DNA from: Bdellovibrionia bacterium
GTDB taxonomy: Bacteria; Bdellovibrionota; UBA1018
NCBI GenBank assembly: GCA_049424145.1
Contig: JBMSSC010000006.1
Location: 1-46,815 of the forward strand
DNA: 46,815 bases
Reading direction: 5' to 3'
Shown: in pieces, positions 21,721-31,131 of the stretch
Layout of the letters: each line of letters opens with the position of its first letter
Numbering within the stretch: position 1 is the first letter of the stretch
Translations under genes and position numbers: made by a program
Notes under the pieces: model-generated
The model's database searches: none
What the model was told of the DNA's origin: nothing
What the model saw: only the letters and a program-made list of their open reading frames with translations

Positions 21721-22809
21721 TTACTGAGCTTGCATGAGGTTCAGGAAAAAGGGGATTTCCATCGGGCTTAAGACTGCTCGATTTCTCAGGACAATGAGGG
21801 CCTTTTGATCAGCCGGGTAAATCATGAGGAAGCTTGAAAACCCATCAGTCAGCCCATGGTGCCAGAAGATGGGGTTTCCCCGAGAAGAGTTTTGAAGCAT
21901 CCATCCTAGTTTCAGATCCGCTCCTAACGATGAAAAAGTAAAGTTTTGAGTCAACGCCATGGCGTTCCCCAAGGGCGTTTGAGGAGGTCTCAGTTGTGCT
22001 TGAGCAAAAAGAAGGAGATCCCTCATTGTGGATCGAAGCCCTCCTGCTCCGACTAAGGCCTTCAGTTCAAAGGGTGGCACAGGAAATCCAAAAAGATGGT
22101 GTCCTTGCAGCAGACTCCCTGTTTGCGCCAAGGGGATTCTCACTGTCGTGCCCGCCATTCCCAGGGGTTCCGTGATCTGCTGGGTGATGAGTGTCTCAAA
22201 ACCCTGCCCTGACACCTGAGTGAGTACTCGTTCCAGCAGAGAAATCCCCACATTAGAGTATTGAAAAGCCATGAGCCCTTGGTTCAAATGGACCCGTTTT
22301 AAGAAGTGGATGAGCTGTTCATGGGTGCAGTTGGAGTAAGGATAACCACTCCGGATGGACTGGGTTCTCAAGAGATCAGTCAAATTCCATGGATCAAAGG
22401 GGTCTCGTGGGAGTCCTGAGCTGTGCGTGGCAAGTTGAATCAAGCGAATTTGACCAGCTGGTGTATCCCTCAGCTCAGGCAGAAAGAGCTCTACGGGGTC
22501 GTTCCATCCGAGTTGGCCTTGTTCAACTAAAAGAGTGAAGCTCAGTGTGGTGAAGAGCTTGGTTAGAGATCCGATTTCATAGAGTCTCTCTAAGGGAGCC
22601 GCTTGATCCTGTATCGGAGAGTTCCCAAACGTTTGATACTGAGAGCCATCTGAGTCAATCCACCCCACAAGGATTTGCTCCTTCGGGAACAAAAGACTTT
22701 GGTTTTGGAAGTACCCCTCCAGCGCACTTGGAAGGTGGGCCGCGTAAATGGGGCTTTCTACTGTGATGAGGAAGGTAAGAAAAATCAGAAATTTAAAAAA
22801 AACGATCAT
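21721..22809 (-). CDS. Serine hydrolase, beta-lactamase class C/PBP-like
   Basis: SLTK (SxxK), YSN, HHG triad motifs; LATHSSGL; signal peptide. Confidence 0.9.
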   Translation of the reverse strand: MIVFFKFLIFLTFLITVESPIYAAHLPSALEGYFQNQSLLFPKEQILVGWIDSDGSQYQTFGNSPIQDQAAPLERLYEIGSLTKLFTTLSFTLLVEQGQLGWNDPVELFLPELRDTPAGQIRLIQLATHSSGLPRDPFDPWNLTDLLRTQSIRSGYPYSNCTHEQLIHFLKRVHLNQGLMAFQYSNVGISLLERVLTQVSGQGFETLITQQITEPLGMAGTTVRIPLAQTGSLLQGHHLFGFPVPPFELKALVGAGGLRSTMRDLLLFAQAQLRPPQTPLGNAMALTQNFTFSSLGADLKLGWMLQNSSRGNPIFWHHGLTDGFSSFLMIYPADQKALIVLRNRAVLSPMEIPFFLNLMQAQ

Positions 22810-23039
22810 GGTCCATTCTCAGTGAGAACATCATCTTCTCATGATCTCGGTCAAGGAGTGGTCCAGAGGGGGGAAGTCTTGAAAAAATAATGAGTTCATC
22901 TTCGCGTTTAAAAAGATTTCAATCTAATAAACAGAAATAAAAAATAATTCAATTATAATTTGATTTGAATGAAAAAAATAAATGAACTTTCTAGCTTGAG
23001 TCACTTGAAATTCGTTTTAAAAAAAAACGAAGAGAAGAC

Positions 23040-23657
23040 TTACTCAGAGAAAACGCAAAGATACGTGGGGCCTTTTTTTTGAGTCAGGCTCCCAGGCCTT
23101 AGCTCTATGACCGCTTGCGTTGAATCCGAGGAGTAAAGCCTTGTTGGATTCTCTGGGTTTTGCTCAACGGCCATCTCCTCAAGTCGAAGGAGGTGCCCTT
23201 GGGCGTTGAAGAACGCAATTTGGAGCGGAATCAAGGTTCTTTTCATCCAAAACGAGCGCATTCCCTGATCTGGATAGATAAAAATCATACTCTCTTGTTT
23301 TGAAAGTTCGTTTTTTCTGAGACTCAACCCCCTTGCCATCGTTTCGGCTTGGATTGCGACTTGGGCTCGAGTTTTTTTGTAGATCAATCGGCATTCGGGT
23401 TGATGGGAAAATCCGAGAAGGAGCTGACTTTGATCCGCGGCGGGTGGGGATGCCGGTAGAAGCCAGGAGGTCCAAGGAATAAAACCAAAAAGGAGTCTCC
23501 AAGAGGGGTTCTGATTTAATTTTTTTGTTTTTTCAAGTGGGGAGAGGAATTTTTTGCCGAGTATTTTCGTATATTTAAAAATAAACATAAATAAAATATA
23601 ATAAAAAAACAGGAGATCTGCTTCTGAAATTTTTAGATCATTGGTCTTTTCGAGCAA
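23040..23657 (-). CDS. DUF192 domain protein
   Basis: RGLS.R, MIFIYP, FWMKRTLIPLQIAF, VIEL..G; true start probably well downstream of 23657 (AT-rich 5' part looks intergenic). Confidence 0.8.
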   Translation of the reverse strand: MLEKTNDLKISEADLLFFYYILFMFIFKYTKILGKKFLSPLEKTKKLNQNPSWRLLFGFIPWTSWLLPASPPAADQSQLLLGFSHQPECRLIYKKTRAQVAIQAETMARGLSLRKNELSKQESMIFIYPDQGMRSFWMKRTLIPLQIAFFNAQGHLLRLEEMAVEQNPENPTRLYSSDSTQAVIELRPGSLTQKKGPTYLCVFSE

Positions 23658-25465
23658 AGCTGACGGGTCTTATTTTCTCGCTGATTGTGACTGCTGTGGG
23701 GGGAGCGACTTTTTTCTTCCTGAAGCTTTATAAGAAAGATAAGCTTGCGTCAGTTTTTCAGAGCGAAATTTCTAATACCACTCAAATTTCAGACCATCTT
23801 GAGAATCTCCTGAATCTTGCGAAATCGATTGAGCCCAGTAAAGTTGCAGTGTCAAAGACCTTGATCTATCTCGGAGAAAACCCCTGTGACAAAGCTCACC
23901 GAAAGCCCGGTGTTGTCTCTGAATTCTACACTCGTCAATTGAAAGATTTGGAGATTAACCCTGAGATTTGGGCTGAAAGCTTTGAGCTGTTTCAGGCGTG
24001 CTCCAAGCTTTCACTGGGATCGGCTCAAATGAGCAATCAAGGAGTCGACAAAGTGGTGATTGTTGCCTCGTCCGTTCAGCTCATGCAGCCCTACCTGGTC
24101 GCGCTGATCCAAGTGGGTGAAACCCAGCGACTGGCTGTGATTGCGATGGATGGGTTTACCACGGCTGCTGCCAATACGATTTTTTTGGCCGACGCTCAGG
24201 GAAATACGCTTTGGGCCGCTGATGGGGAGAGTTATCTAAAAAGTGCTCTGTTAGACACTGGGGTGACTGTCACTGATATCGTGCAGTTCACCCAAAAGGC
24301 CATTGACTCGAGTACGCCTGAAGTTCGCCAGGCGGGCCGCGAGGGCTTGATTTCTTCTGTGAAGCTAGGAGAGGACTGGGCGGTTCATTCTCTGTCCTAT
24401 GAGCCCACGACTCTGCAGCCAGTGGCCTATGCAACTTCTCAATCTCTTCTGCTTGCGGCTGGGTTTATTTTTCTCTGTCTTTTTATCGGGCGAAGGGGGT
24501 CTGTCCTCGTCACTCGTCCTTTGAACGAGCTGAGTTTGCATGCTGAGCGTCTGGGAAAAGGCGATTTCTCGAGTCGAATTACAGTTTTTGGAACAGATGA
24601 GATCTCCGTGGTGAAAGCCGCATTTAATCTCATGACGGATCGGATCCTTCAGCTCATTGAGAGTACGAAGCAAGCGGTGGCTTTGGAAAGGGAACTGGAG
24701 CTTGCCGAGCAGATTCAAAAAATGTTGATTCCAGAAACCTCCTTGACCAAGGGATCCACTCGAATTGCAAGTTACCTTCAAAGTGCCAATCATTGTGGGG
24801 GTGACTGGTGGGGCTATTTAGAGCATTCGCGTGGAGAGGGGAGAAGTCCCCTGATTCTCCTGATGATCGGAGATGTGACAGGCCATGGAACGTCCTCTGC
24901 TCTGATTACAGCGACAGTTCGAGGGGGGTTATCAATTCTTGAGAGTTGGCTCAAGACGTTGCCCAATCAGGAGATTGATCCAAGGCTCATTAATAACTAC
25001 TTTAACCAGGTGGTTTACCAAGCTGCTAAAGGTGCGATTGGCATGACTTTTTTTACGGCAATTATTGACCCGGATGAGGAAAAACTAAGGGTGGCCAACG
25101 CGGGCCATAATCTTCCCTATGCATTAATGAAGTCACCTGAGAGTTCAGACTTAGAAGTTAAATCGATAGGTAAAGCCAGTGTCCCTCTGGGCTATGCACC
25201 TGATACGGTCTATGAGGAAATGGAAACCTATCCCTGGATTTCTGGTAGCAGGCTTGTTCTGTATACCGATGGCTTAGTCGAGTGCATGGAGAACGGCACC
25301 AATCTTTATGACCGAAGGCAATTGAGGAAAGCCTTAAAATCCAATGGACGATTGCAGGCTGATTACCTTCTGAACAAGCTTTTAGCGGATCGAAAAAAAC
25401 GCATCAAAGACCTCCCTTCAGAAGATGATGTGACGGTGGTCATCTGTGAGGCTTTATCTTCATGA
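23624..25465 (+). CDS. HAMP-domain SpoIIE/RsbU-type PP2C phosphatase
   Basis: HAMP, ELELAEQIQ, CGGDWW, GDVTGHG, ANAGH, YTDGL, EDDVT; frame open upstream to CTG 23624 with AGGAG at 23611 (ORF track starts at GTG 23687). Confidence 0.9.
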   Translation: MKFLDHWSFRAKLTGLIFSLIVTAVGGATFFFLKLYKKDKLASVFQSEISNTTQISDHLENLLNLAKSIEPSKVAVSKTLIYLGENPCDKAHRKPGVVSEFYTRQLKDLEINPEIWAESFELFQACSKLSLGSAQMSNQGVDKVVIVASSVQLMQPYLVALIQVGETQRLAVIAMDGFTTAAANTIFLADAQGNTLWAADGESYLKSALLDTGVTVTDIVQFTQKAIDSSTPEVRQAGREGLISSVKLGEDWAVHSLSYEPTTLQPVAYATSQSLLLAAGFIFLCLFIGRRGSVLVTRPLNELSLHAERLGKGDFSSRITVFGTDEISVVKAAFNLMTDRILQLIESTKQAVALERELELAEQIQKMLIPETSLTKGSTRIASYLQSANHCGGDWWGYLEHSRGEGRSPLILLMIGDVTGHGTSSALITATVRGGLSILESWLKTLPNQEIDPRLINNYFNQVVYQAAKGAIGMTFFTAIIDPDEEKLRVANAGHNLPYALMKSPESSDLEVKSIGKASVPLGYAPDTVYEEMETYPWISGSRLVLYTDGLVECMENGTNLYDRRQLRKALKSNGRLQADYLLNKLLADRKKRIKDLPSEDDVTVVICEALSS

Positions 25466-25478
25466 GGAGTCACATGCG

Positions 25479-26330
25479 ATGAGTTCGATGCTGCAAGGGT
25501 GGATTCAAAAGCTACCTGATTATAGAAATCTAGGAAAACAGTGGTTTCGTGAATGGAGAATTGACCTCCTTCTGCTTTTGGCCTCCGCTGTGTGTTTTGG
25601 TGTCTTTCTTTATCGGTCCCTTCAGGTGGATCGTCTCAGTGGAATTAACGCTCCCATGGCTTTCTTCAGTCGAGGCAAAGCAGAAAAGAAACCTCCAGGC
25701 AGTCCTCAATTTTACGAGCTCTCTGAGCAGAGTCAGCTTTTTAATCTTGATTCCATTTGGGTCGGAAAATCCAATGAAGCGACGCTGATGATGGAAGATG
25801 GCTCTTCTCTCACCCTTGCTGAAAACACCCTGTTGATCCTAAAAAGGCCATTTAAGCCCCAGGGACGAATGACCGTGGATCAACAAGTCAAGGTGCTCAA
25901 AGGCAGAGTGAAAACAGAGGAAGGAAAAGTCATTCGCCCAGTTCAACCAGAGGAAGCGCCTGTGGTTCCTGAAGTGAAAAAAGACGGTCAAACCCAAGGT
26001 CCGATCATCTTTTATCCAAGAGATCAGGCAACCATTTACATGAGGCCTGAGAAAAATATTCCTCTGACTTTTTCTTGGTCAAAGGAATTCGATGGGTATT
26101 TGATCTTGAAAAATAAAAATAACGAAAAAACCGTTCATTCTCGAGTTGAAAATCGAAAGTACTTAGCCGCAAGTCTGGATGGGCCTGGAGCTTACCTTTG
26201 GAAAATAGTTGATTCAAATCAGTCAGTTCTTTTAGGTCCCTTTAGTTTTGAGATTAAACAATTAAATGAAAATGCGGCAAAAGAGATCTTAAAAAATGGA
26301 ACTCCATCTGGTACCGAAGTTTATTGGTAA
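25479..26330 (+). CDS. Membrane-anchored FecR-like domain protein
   Basis: One TM; DSIWVGKSNEATLMMEDGSSLTLAENT FecR-like pattern; GAGGAG before ATG 25479. Confidence 0.65.
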   Translation: MSSMLQGWIQKLPDYRNLGKQWFREWRIDLLLLLASAVCFGVFLYRSLQVDRLSGINAPMAFFSRGKAEKKPPGSPQFYELSEQSQLFNLDSIWVGKSNEATLMMEDGSSLTLAENTLLILKRPFKPQGRMTVDQQVKVLKGRVKTEEGKVIRPVQPEEAPVVPEVKKDGQTQGPIIFYPRDQATIYMRPEKNIPLTFSWSKEFDGYLILKNKNNEKTVHSRVENRKYLAASLDGPGAYLWKIVDSNQSVLLGPFSFEIKQLNENAAKEILKNGTPSGTEVYW

Positions 26331-26754
26331 TTAGTATTTTGGTTATTTAAATCAGATTAAAATGATTTTTATTAGGTTATTTTTTGAAAGTCATCATGAG
26401 AAGTCTTTTGTTTTTTTTAATAAGATGAGATCCTAAGATAGGCATTCAAATATGAATCATAGCAGATTTGATCATTGACTAAATCTTCTCTGATACGGCA
26501 TGGAGTGCGAAGAATTATTTTTTTAGGCTACTGATGAGATGAGTTTTGACGGGTTGAATCGTGTTTTTTTATCAAGATTTCATAAAAATTCAATCGAACA
26601 AATGCTTGTAATGTCATCAGGATCAAGATTATAAAAAAAGAGCAGAAAGCCTCTTTGAGGCGAAGATTTAAATTTGAAAAAATCATTGAATCCAAGTGAG
26701 CGGATTGCCGAGTTCGATTGCTTAAAGATCCTTGGGTTCGGTTGAGGGGGGATT

Positions 26755-27957
26755 GTGCAGAGTTTAAGATTCAGTTGGCAAGTGGGGTTTGCTTTTTTTC
26801 TTGGGTTCTATTCGAGTTTTGCTCTGGGCAGTCCTGATCCTTTGATCGCTGCAACGCCTCCGATGGGTTGGAATACTTGGAACTACTTTGGATGTGAAAT
26901 CAATGAGCAGATGGTCAAAGAAACCGCTGAAGCCATGACTCAAAGTGGCATGCAGGAGGCGGGTTATCGGTATGTGATCCTCGATGACTGCTGGCAAGCC
27001 AAACGAAGAAATGATCAGGGACTTTTGGTGGCCGACCCCGTTCGCTTCCCCAGTGGCATTCGAGCCTTGGCTGATTGGCTTCACGCAAAGGATTTTAAGC
27101 TGGGTATTTACACAAGCGTCGGGTTTCAAACATGCAAGGGATACCCGGGGAGCTTTGGTCATGAACGTGAAGATGCTCAGCAGTTCATTGATTGGGGCGT
27201 CGACTTTGTGAAGGATGACTTTTGCGTCCGTGAGGGTTTTGCTTGGCCGTGGTGGAACTACTACAGTCACTATAAAGCCATGTCGGATGCACTGAAGACC
27301 TCTCCTCATCCGATTGTCTTTAGTCTTTGCAATTGGGGTGTGGGATCCAGTTGGAAATGGGCTTCAGAAATTAGTCACATGTGGCGCACCACCTTTGACA
27401 TTCGCGCAGATTGGAATTCCATCATGAAGATTGTGGACCTCCAAGCGGGTAAAGAAAAGTTTGCAGGCCCAGGGCATTGGAATGACCCGGACATGTTAGA
27501 AGTCGGCAACGCTCCTTTGACTGAAACGGAGTCTCAAGCTCACTTTAGCCTCTGGTCCATCTTGGCTTCTCCGTTAATTGCCGGCAACGATATTCGCTCC
27601 ATGTCGCCTCAAGTGGCTGCAATTCTCACTCAACCTGAGGTGATTGCCGTCAACCAGGATCCCCTGGGAGTCCAAGGAAAAAGAGTTTACGATCGCTCCC
27701 AGATTCAAGTCTGGTTGAAGCCGTTAAAATCCAATGGATTTGCTGTTGTGATCTTAAACCGAAAAACCGTGACTCAGTCCCTGGATTTGCGTGCCGAGCT
27801 GTTGGGTCTTGCTCCTGAGGCCTACCAGGTGCGTGATCTTTGGCAGAGGCAGGATCTTGGTCTGTTGATCGGCTCAATGAACTTTGAGGTCCCCGCTCAC
27901 GGGGTGAGAATGCTGACCCTATCACTGCCTGCCTCAGTTTCAGAACCTATTGAGTAA
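26755..27957 (+). CDS. Alpha-galactosidase, glycoside hydrolase family 27
   Basis: TPPMGWNTW, LDDCW, VDFVKDD, WRTTFD, WNDPDMLEVGN; signal peptide. Confidence 0.93.
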   Translation: MQSLRFSWQVGFAFFLGFYSSFALGSPDPLIAATPPMGWNTWNYFGCEINEQMVKETAEAMTQSGMQEAGYRYVILDDCWQAKRRNDQGLLVADPVRFPSGIRALADWLHAKDFKLGIYTSVGFQTCKGYPGSFGHEREDAQQFIDWGVDFVKDDFCVREGFAWPWWNYYSHYKAMSDALKTSPHPIVFSLCNWGVGSSWKWASEISHMWRTTFDIRADWNSIMKIVDLQAGKEKFAGPGHWNDPDMLEVGNAPLTETESQAHFSLWSILASPLIAGNDIRSMSPQVAAILTQPEVIAVNQDPLGVQGKRVYDRSQIQVWLKPLKSNGFAVVILNRKTVTQSLDLRAELLGLAPEAYQVRDLWQRQDLGLLIGSMNFEVPAHGVRMLTLSLPASVSEPIE

Positions 27958-28014
27958 GAGACGTTGAGTTTAAGGTGTTGATCTGAAGGCCCTTCTGGTA
28001 GTTCTAGGGGGACG

Positions 28015-29214
28015 ATGGATCAACAATTCAGAAGCAAAAATGAGGCGCAGTGGGATCGGATCGTTACCTTAGAGCTCTATCGGTGCTATGAGCACATTCG
28101 TTGGGCCCATCGACTTCGCCTTCAGCCAGCTGTGATTGAGCTGATGGACTCGCAGACGCACTGGGGTCAATGGAATCCAGAAACTCGTGTCATCCGAATT
28201 TCAAGAGCCTTGGTCCGCCAGCACTCCTGGTTTCAGGTGGAGTCGATCCTCCGCCATGAGATGGCTCATCAGTACTGCTCTGAGCTCCTAGAAATGGGTT
28301 GCGCATCCCCGGGTAAGCCGCATGGAGAGCTTTTTCAAAAGGCCTGTGAGATTGTGGGAGTTCCTCAGGAGTTTTCTCACGCATCAGTGGACCTAAAAAG
28401 CACCTGCTTGGATTGGAAATCCCAACCCCGCTCCCCAGAATCTGAAAAACTATTTAATAAGGTTCAGAAACTTTTGGCTCTTGCCACTTCAAGTAATGAA
28501 AACGAGGCCTTAGCTGCCATGACCAAGGTTCGTGAGTTGTATGCCAAGTACGCCATGGATTACTCCCAGCTAGGATCGGCTTTCGACTCAAAACGAAAAA
28601 TGGCCCATCTCGTCATCAGTCATCAGAAAAAAAGAATTGAAGCCCACCAGGATCGAATTGCTGGGATTTTAGCGGGACACTTTTTTGTCCAAGTGATTTT
28701 TACTCATCAGTTTGATTCAAAAACTCTTCAGTCGTATAAAGCCTTGGAGATCATTGGAACGCAAGAAAACGTGCTGATGGCGGAGTACGTCTATTACTTC
28801 TTACTTTCACAGACGGAGTTTCTCGTTCGGCAACTCAAACAACAGCAGCCACAGATCTCTCGCGTGCAAGCCAAGTCTTATCGCTTAGGGATCCTCAAGG
28901 GGTTTGCTGAAAAACTCAGGCAAATGGACAAAAACTGGAAGAAAGCATCCGTTAGCCCATCCAGTCCTGCTTCCACGCCGAGCATGAGCTTGGGGAAAAC
29001 CCTCACGCTCCTGTCGTCGGATCCTGGTTTAAAGTCCTACGTCGCTCGCGTTTTTCCTAGGCTTTCCAACTCCGCTGGAGCATCTCAGTCAATTGATCCT
29101 TCGCTCTACTCGGCCGGAGTCGTAGCCGGGGGGAAAATTAACTTACATCGAGCTGTCGTGGATCAAGGAGGACGATCGGGGCGTTTGTTGAATGCCTCGT
29201 CTCAATCCGATTGA
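28015..29214 (+). CDS. SprT-like metalloprotease fused to DUF2786
   Basis: HEMAH zincin motif, PHGELF; KVQKLLALATSSNENEALAA. Confidence 0.8.
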   Translation: MDQQFRSKNEAQWDRIVTLELYRCYEHIRWAHRLRLQPAVIELMDSQTHWGQWNPETRVIRISRALVRQHSWFQVESILRHEMAHQYCSELLEMGCASPGKPHGELFQKACEIVGVPQEFSHASVDLKSTCLDWKSQPRSPESEKLFNKVQKLLALATSSNENEALAAMTKVRELYAKYAMDYSQLGSAFDSKRKMAHLVISHQKKRIEAHQDRIAGILAGHFFVQVIFTHQFDSKTLQSYKALEIIGTQENVLMAEYVYYFLLSQTEFLVRQLKQQQPQISRVQAKSYRLGILKGFAEKLRQMDKNWKKASVSPSSPASTPSMSLGKTLTLLSSDPGLKSYVARVFPRLSNSAGASQSIDPSLYSAGVVAGGKINLHRAVVDQGGRSGRLLNASSQSD

Positions 29215-29222
29215 GAGGATTT

Positions 29223-29336
29223 TTAGTTTCCTAAAAACGTGACCACTTGATAGGCGAAATAAAAACCTCCTGCGATCGTGGGAATCGCAACCAATGCACC
29301 CGTTAAAGCAATGAAAAACTGTTTTCGATACGTCAT
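29223..29336 (-). CDS. 37-aa single-TM small protein
   Basis: AAAGGAG upstream of ATG 29336; MTYRKQFFIALTGALVAIPTIAGGFYFAYQVVTFLGN. Confidence 0.45.
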   Translation of the reverse strand: MTYRKQFFIALTGALVAIPTIAGGFYFAYQVVTFLGN

Positions 29337-29407
29337 TTGAACGTTGGCTCCTTTAGCTGGTTTTTTGCCCCTCGTTGGTCCCCAACAGCCCGGGGGATTT
29401 TGAGGCA

Positions 29408-31027
29408 TTAGAGAACAATATTGGTGTTGAGGAACTGAGAGTGTTCCCCATCCATAATGCTTCGAATCACCTTCTTGCCCATGGTATCTTGTTTGGTGGC
29501 CACCATGGTGCGGATACTAAAGGCCCGAAGGGCATCCGTCACACTTAGAGTGCCCTCGGCCGAGCTTTTTCTTCCCGTAAACGGGAAAACATCGGGGCCT
29601 CTTTGGCACTGCGAGTTCAGATTGATCCTACAAACTTGATTGGAGAGCAAGTCGATAATTCGACCAATCGAATGAGGGTCCTTGCCAAAGATACTGGCTT
29701 GCATCCCATAATGAGAGTGGATCATGTAGTCCTCAAACTCCTCGATCCGATCGTATTCTACGACCGGAACAATAGGACCAAACTGCTCCTGAAGGGTGAT
29801 TTGAGACTGAAGTGAGACTCGGCTTAAAACGGCAGGTGAGAAGAGGGAACCCACAGATTGGCCCCCGGTCTTGGGATTGCAATGCACTGCCCCGTGATTG
29901 ACGGCCTCACGGATGTACTCATTGAGCTGATCGACTTTATTTGGATCAGCTAGCGGCGTGATCATCACTTCGGGATCCCAAGGTAATCCGCAGCGCAGGG
30001 ACTCCACGGATTGGGTGAATTGCTCTAAGAAGGGTCGTGCAATCGAGCGGTGAACGAAGAGAATCTTCAGTGCCGTGCACCGTTGTCCATTGAAGGACAG
30101 ACTCCCTCGCAAGCATTCTGAGACCGTTAAATTTAAATCCGCATCCGGGAGAATCAGGGCCGGGTTCTTGGCATCCAGTCCCAAGATGCTGCGAAAACGA
30201 TGGGGCCTGGGGTGGGCTTGCTTAATTTGATTCGCCACTTCGCTTGAGCCAATGAAGGCCAATACGTCCACTTTGCCCGAGTGGATCGCCGGAGCAATGA
30301 TGGTTTTTCCTTGCCCGTTGACCACGCTGACGACGCCTTTGGGGAAGCAATCTCGAAAAGCCTCAAGAAGTGGATCCCAGATGAGTTGTCCAAAACGGGG
30401 AATTTTCACCACCACTACGTTTCCTAAAATCAGGGCTGGAATGAGCGTGGTGAAGGTCTCGTTTAGTGGATAATTGTAGGGGCCCATGCAGAGGGTGACC
30501 CCCAGGGGGGCCCTTCGGATCTGAGCCATGATCCCTTCGGCAAATTGGATTCGGCTGCAGTCGCGATCGAGCTGCTTGGTGGCCTCGAGCGTGTCATGAA
30601 TGTACTGGATGGTGCGGTCAAACTCGGCCTGTACGTCCTTCCAGCTTTTGGCAATTTCCCACATCAGGAGGCGGCAAATGAGATCCCGTTTTTGAAGCAT
30701 CTGCTCTTTAAAGGAGGCAATGGCTGCGATCCTTTCCTCCATTCGGGCTCGGGGCCATTCCCCAAGGCCTTGATTCCAGGCCAAAACCGCTGCATCCACC
30801 GCTTGCATAAAGCCTTCGGAATCCAGCTGAGGGGTCAGTCCAATTTCTGGAAAGCTCAGCGAATCATCCCGCTCGTTTCGAATCGAGCAGGCACTGATCA
30901 CGGGCTTGGTTGCAAACCCTGAGGTTAAAATCTTTCCGTTGACCAGTATCCTTCCTGAAATTCGAGGGATTTCCGCAAACGCTGGGATCTCAGATCGGGT
31001 GGGGAATAAGCCTGGATGTAGTTTCAT
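29408..31027 (-). CDS. gapN: NADP-dependent non-phosphorylating glyceraldehyde-3-phosphate dehydrogenase (ALDH family)
   Basis: PYNYPLNE, FIGSS, SFNGQRCTA catalytic Cys, EQFGP, CQRGPDVFPF; LGLDAK in place of ELGGK. Confidence 0.8.
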   Translation of the reverse strand: MKLHPGLFPTRSEIPAFAEIPRISGRILVNGKILTSGFATKPVISACSIRNERDDSLSFPEIGLTPQLDSEGFMQAVDAAVLAWNQGLGEWPRARMEERIAAIASFKEQMLQKRDLICRLLMWEIAKSWKDVQAEFDRTIQYIHDTLEATKQLDRDCSRIQFAEGIMAQIRRAPLGVTLCMGPYNYPLNETFTTLIPALILGNVVVVKIPRFGQLIWDPLLEAFRDCFPKGVVSVVNGQGKTIIAPAIHSGKVDVLAFIGSSEVANQIKQAHPRPHRFRSILGLDAKNPALILPDADLNLTVSECLRGSLSFNGQRCTALKILFVHRSIARPFLEQFTQSVESLRCGLPWDPEVMITPLADPNKVDQLNEYIREAVNHGAVHCNPKTGGQSVGSLFSPAVLSRVSLQSQITLQEQFGPIVPVVEYDRIEEFEDYMIHSHYGMQASIFGKDPHSIGRIIDLLSNQVCRINLNSQCQRGPDVFPFTGRKSSAEGTLSVTDALRAFSIRTMVATKQDTMGKKVIRSIMDGEHSQFLNTNIVL

Positions 31028-31131
31028 AGTGGCTTGAATTATTACCTAAAATGCCTTTTGAATCAAATGGCTCTTGGGTTCCGGTCTTTTTGGAGTGAAT
31101 TTTGGTTGGACTTTAACGCAGCTATGCTAGA

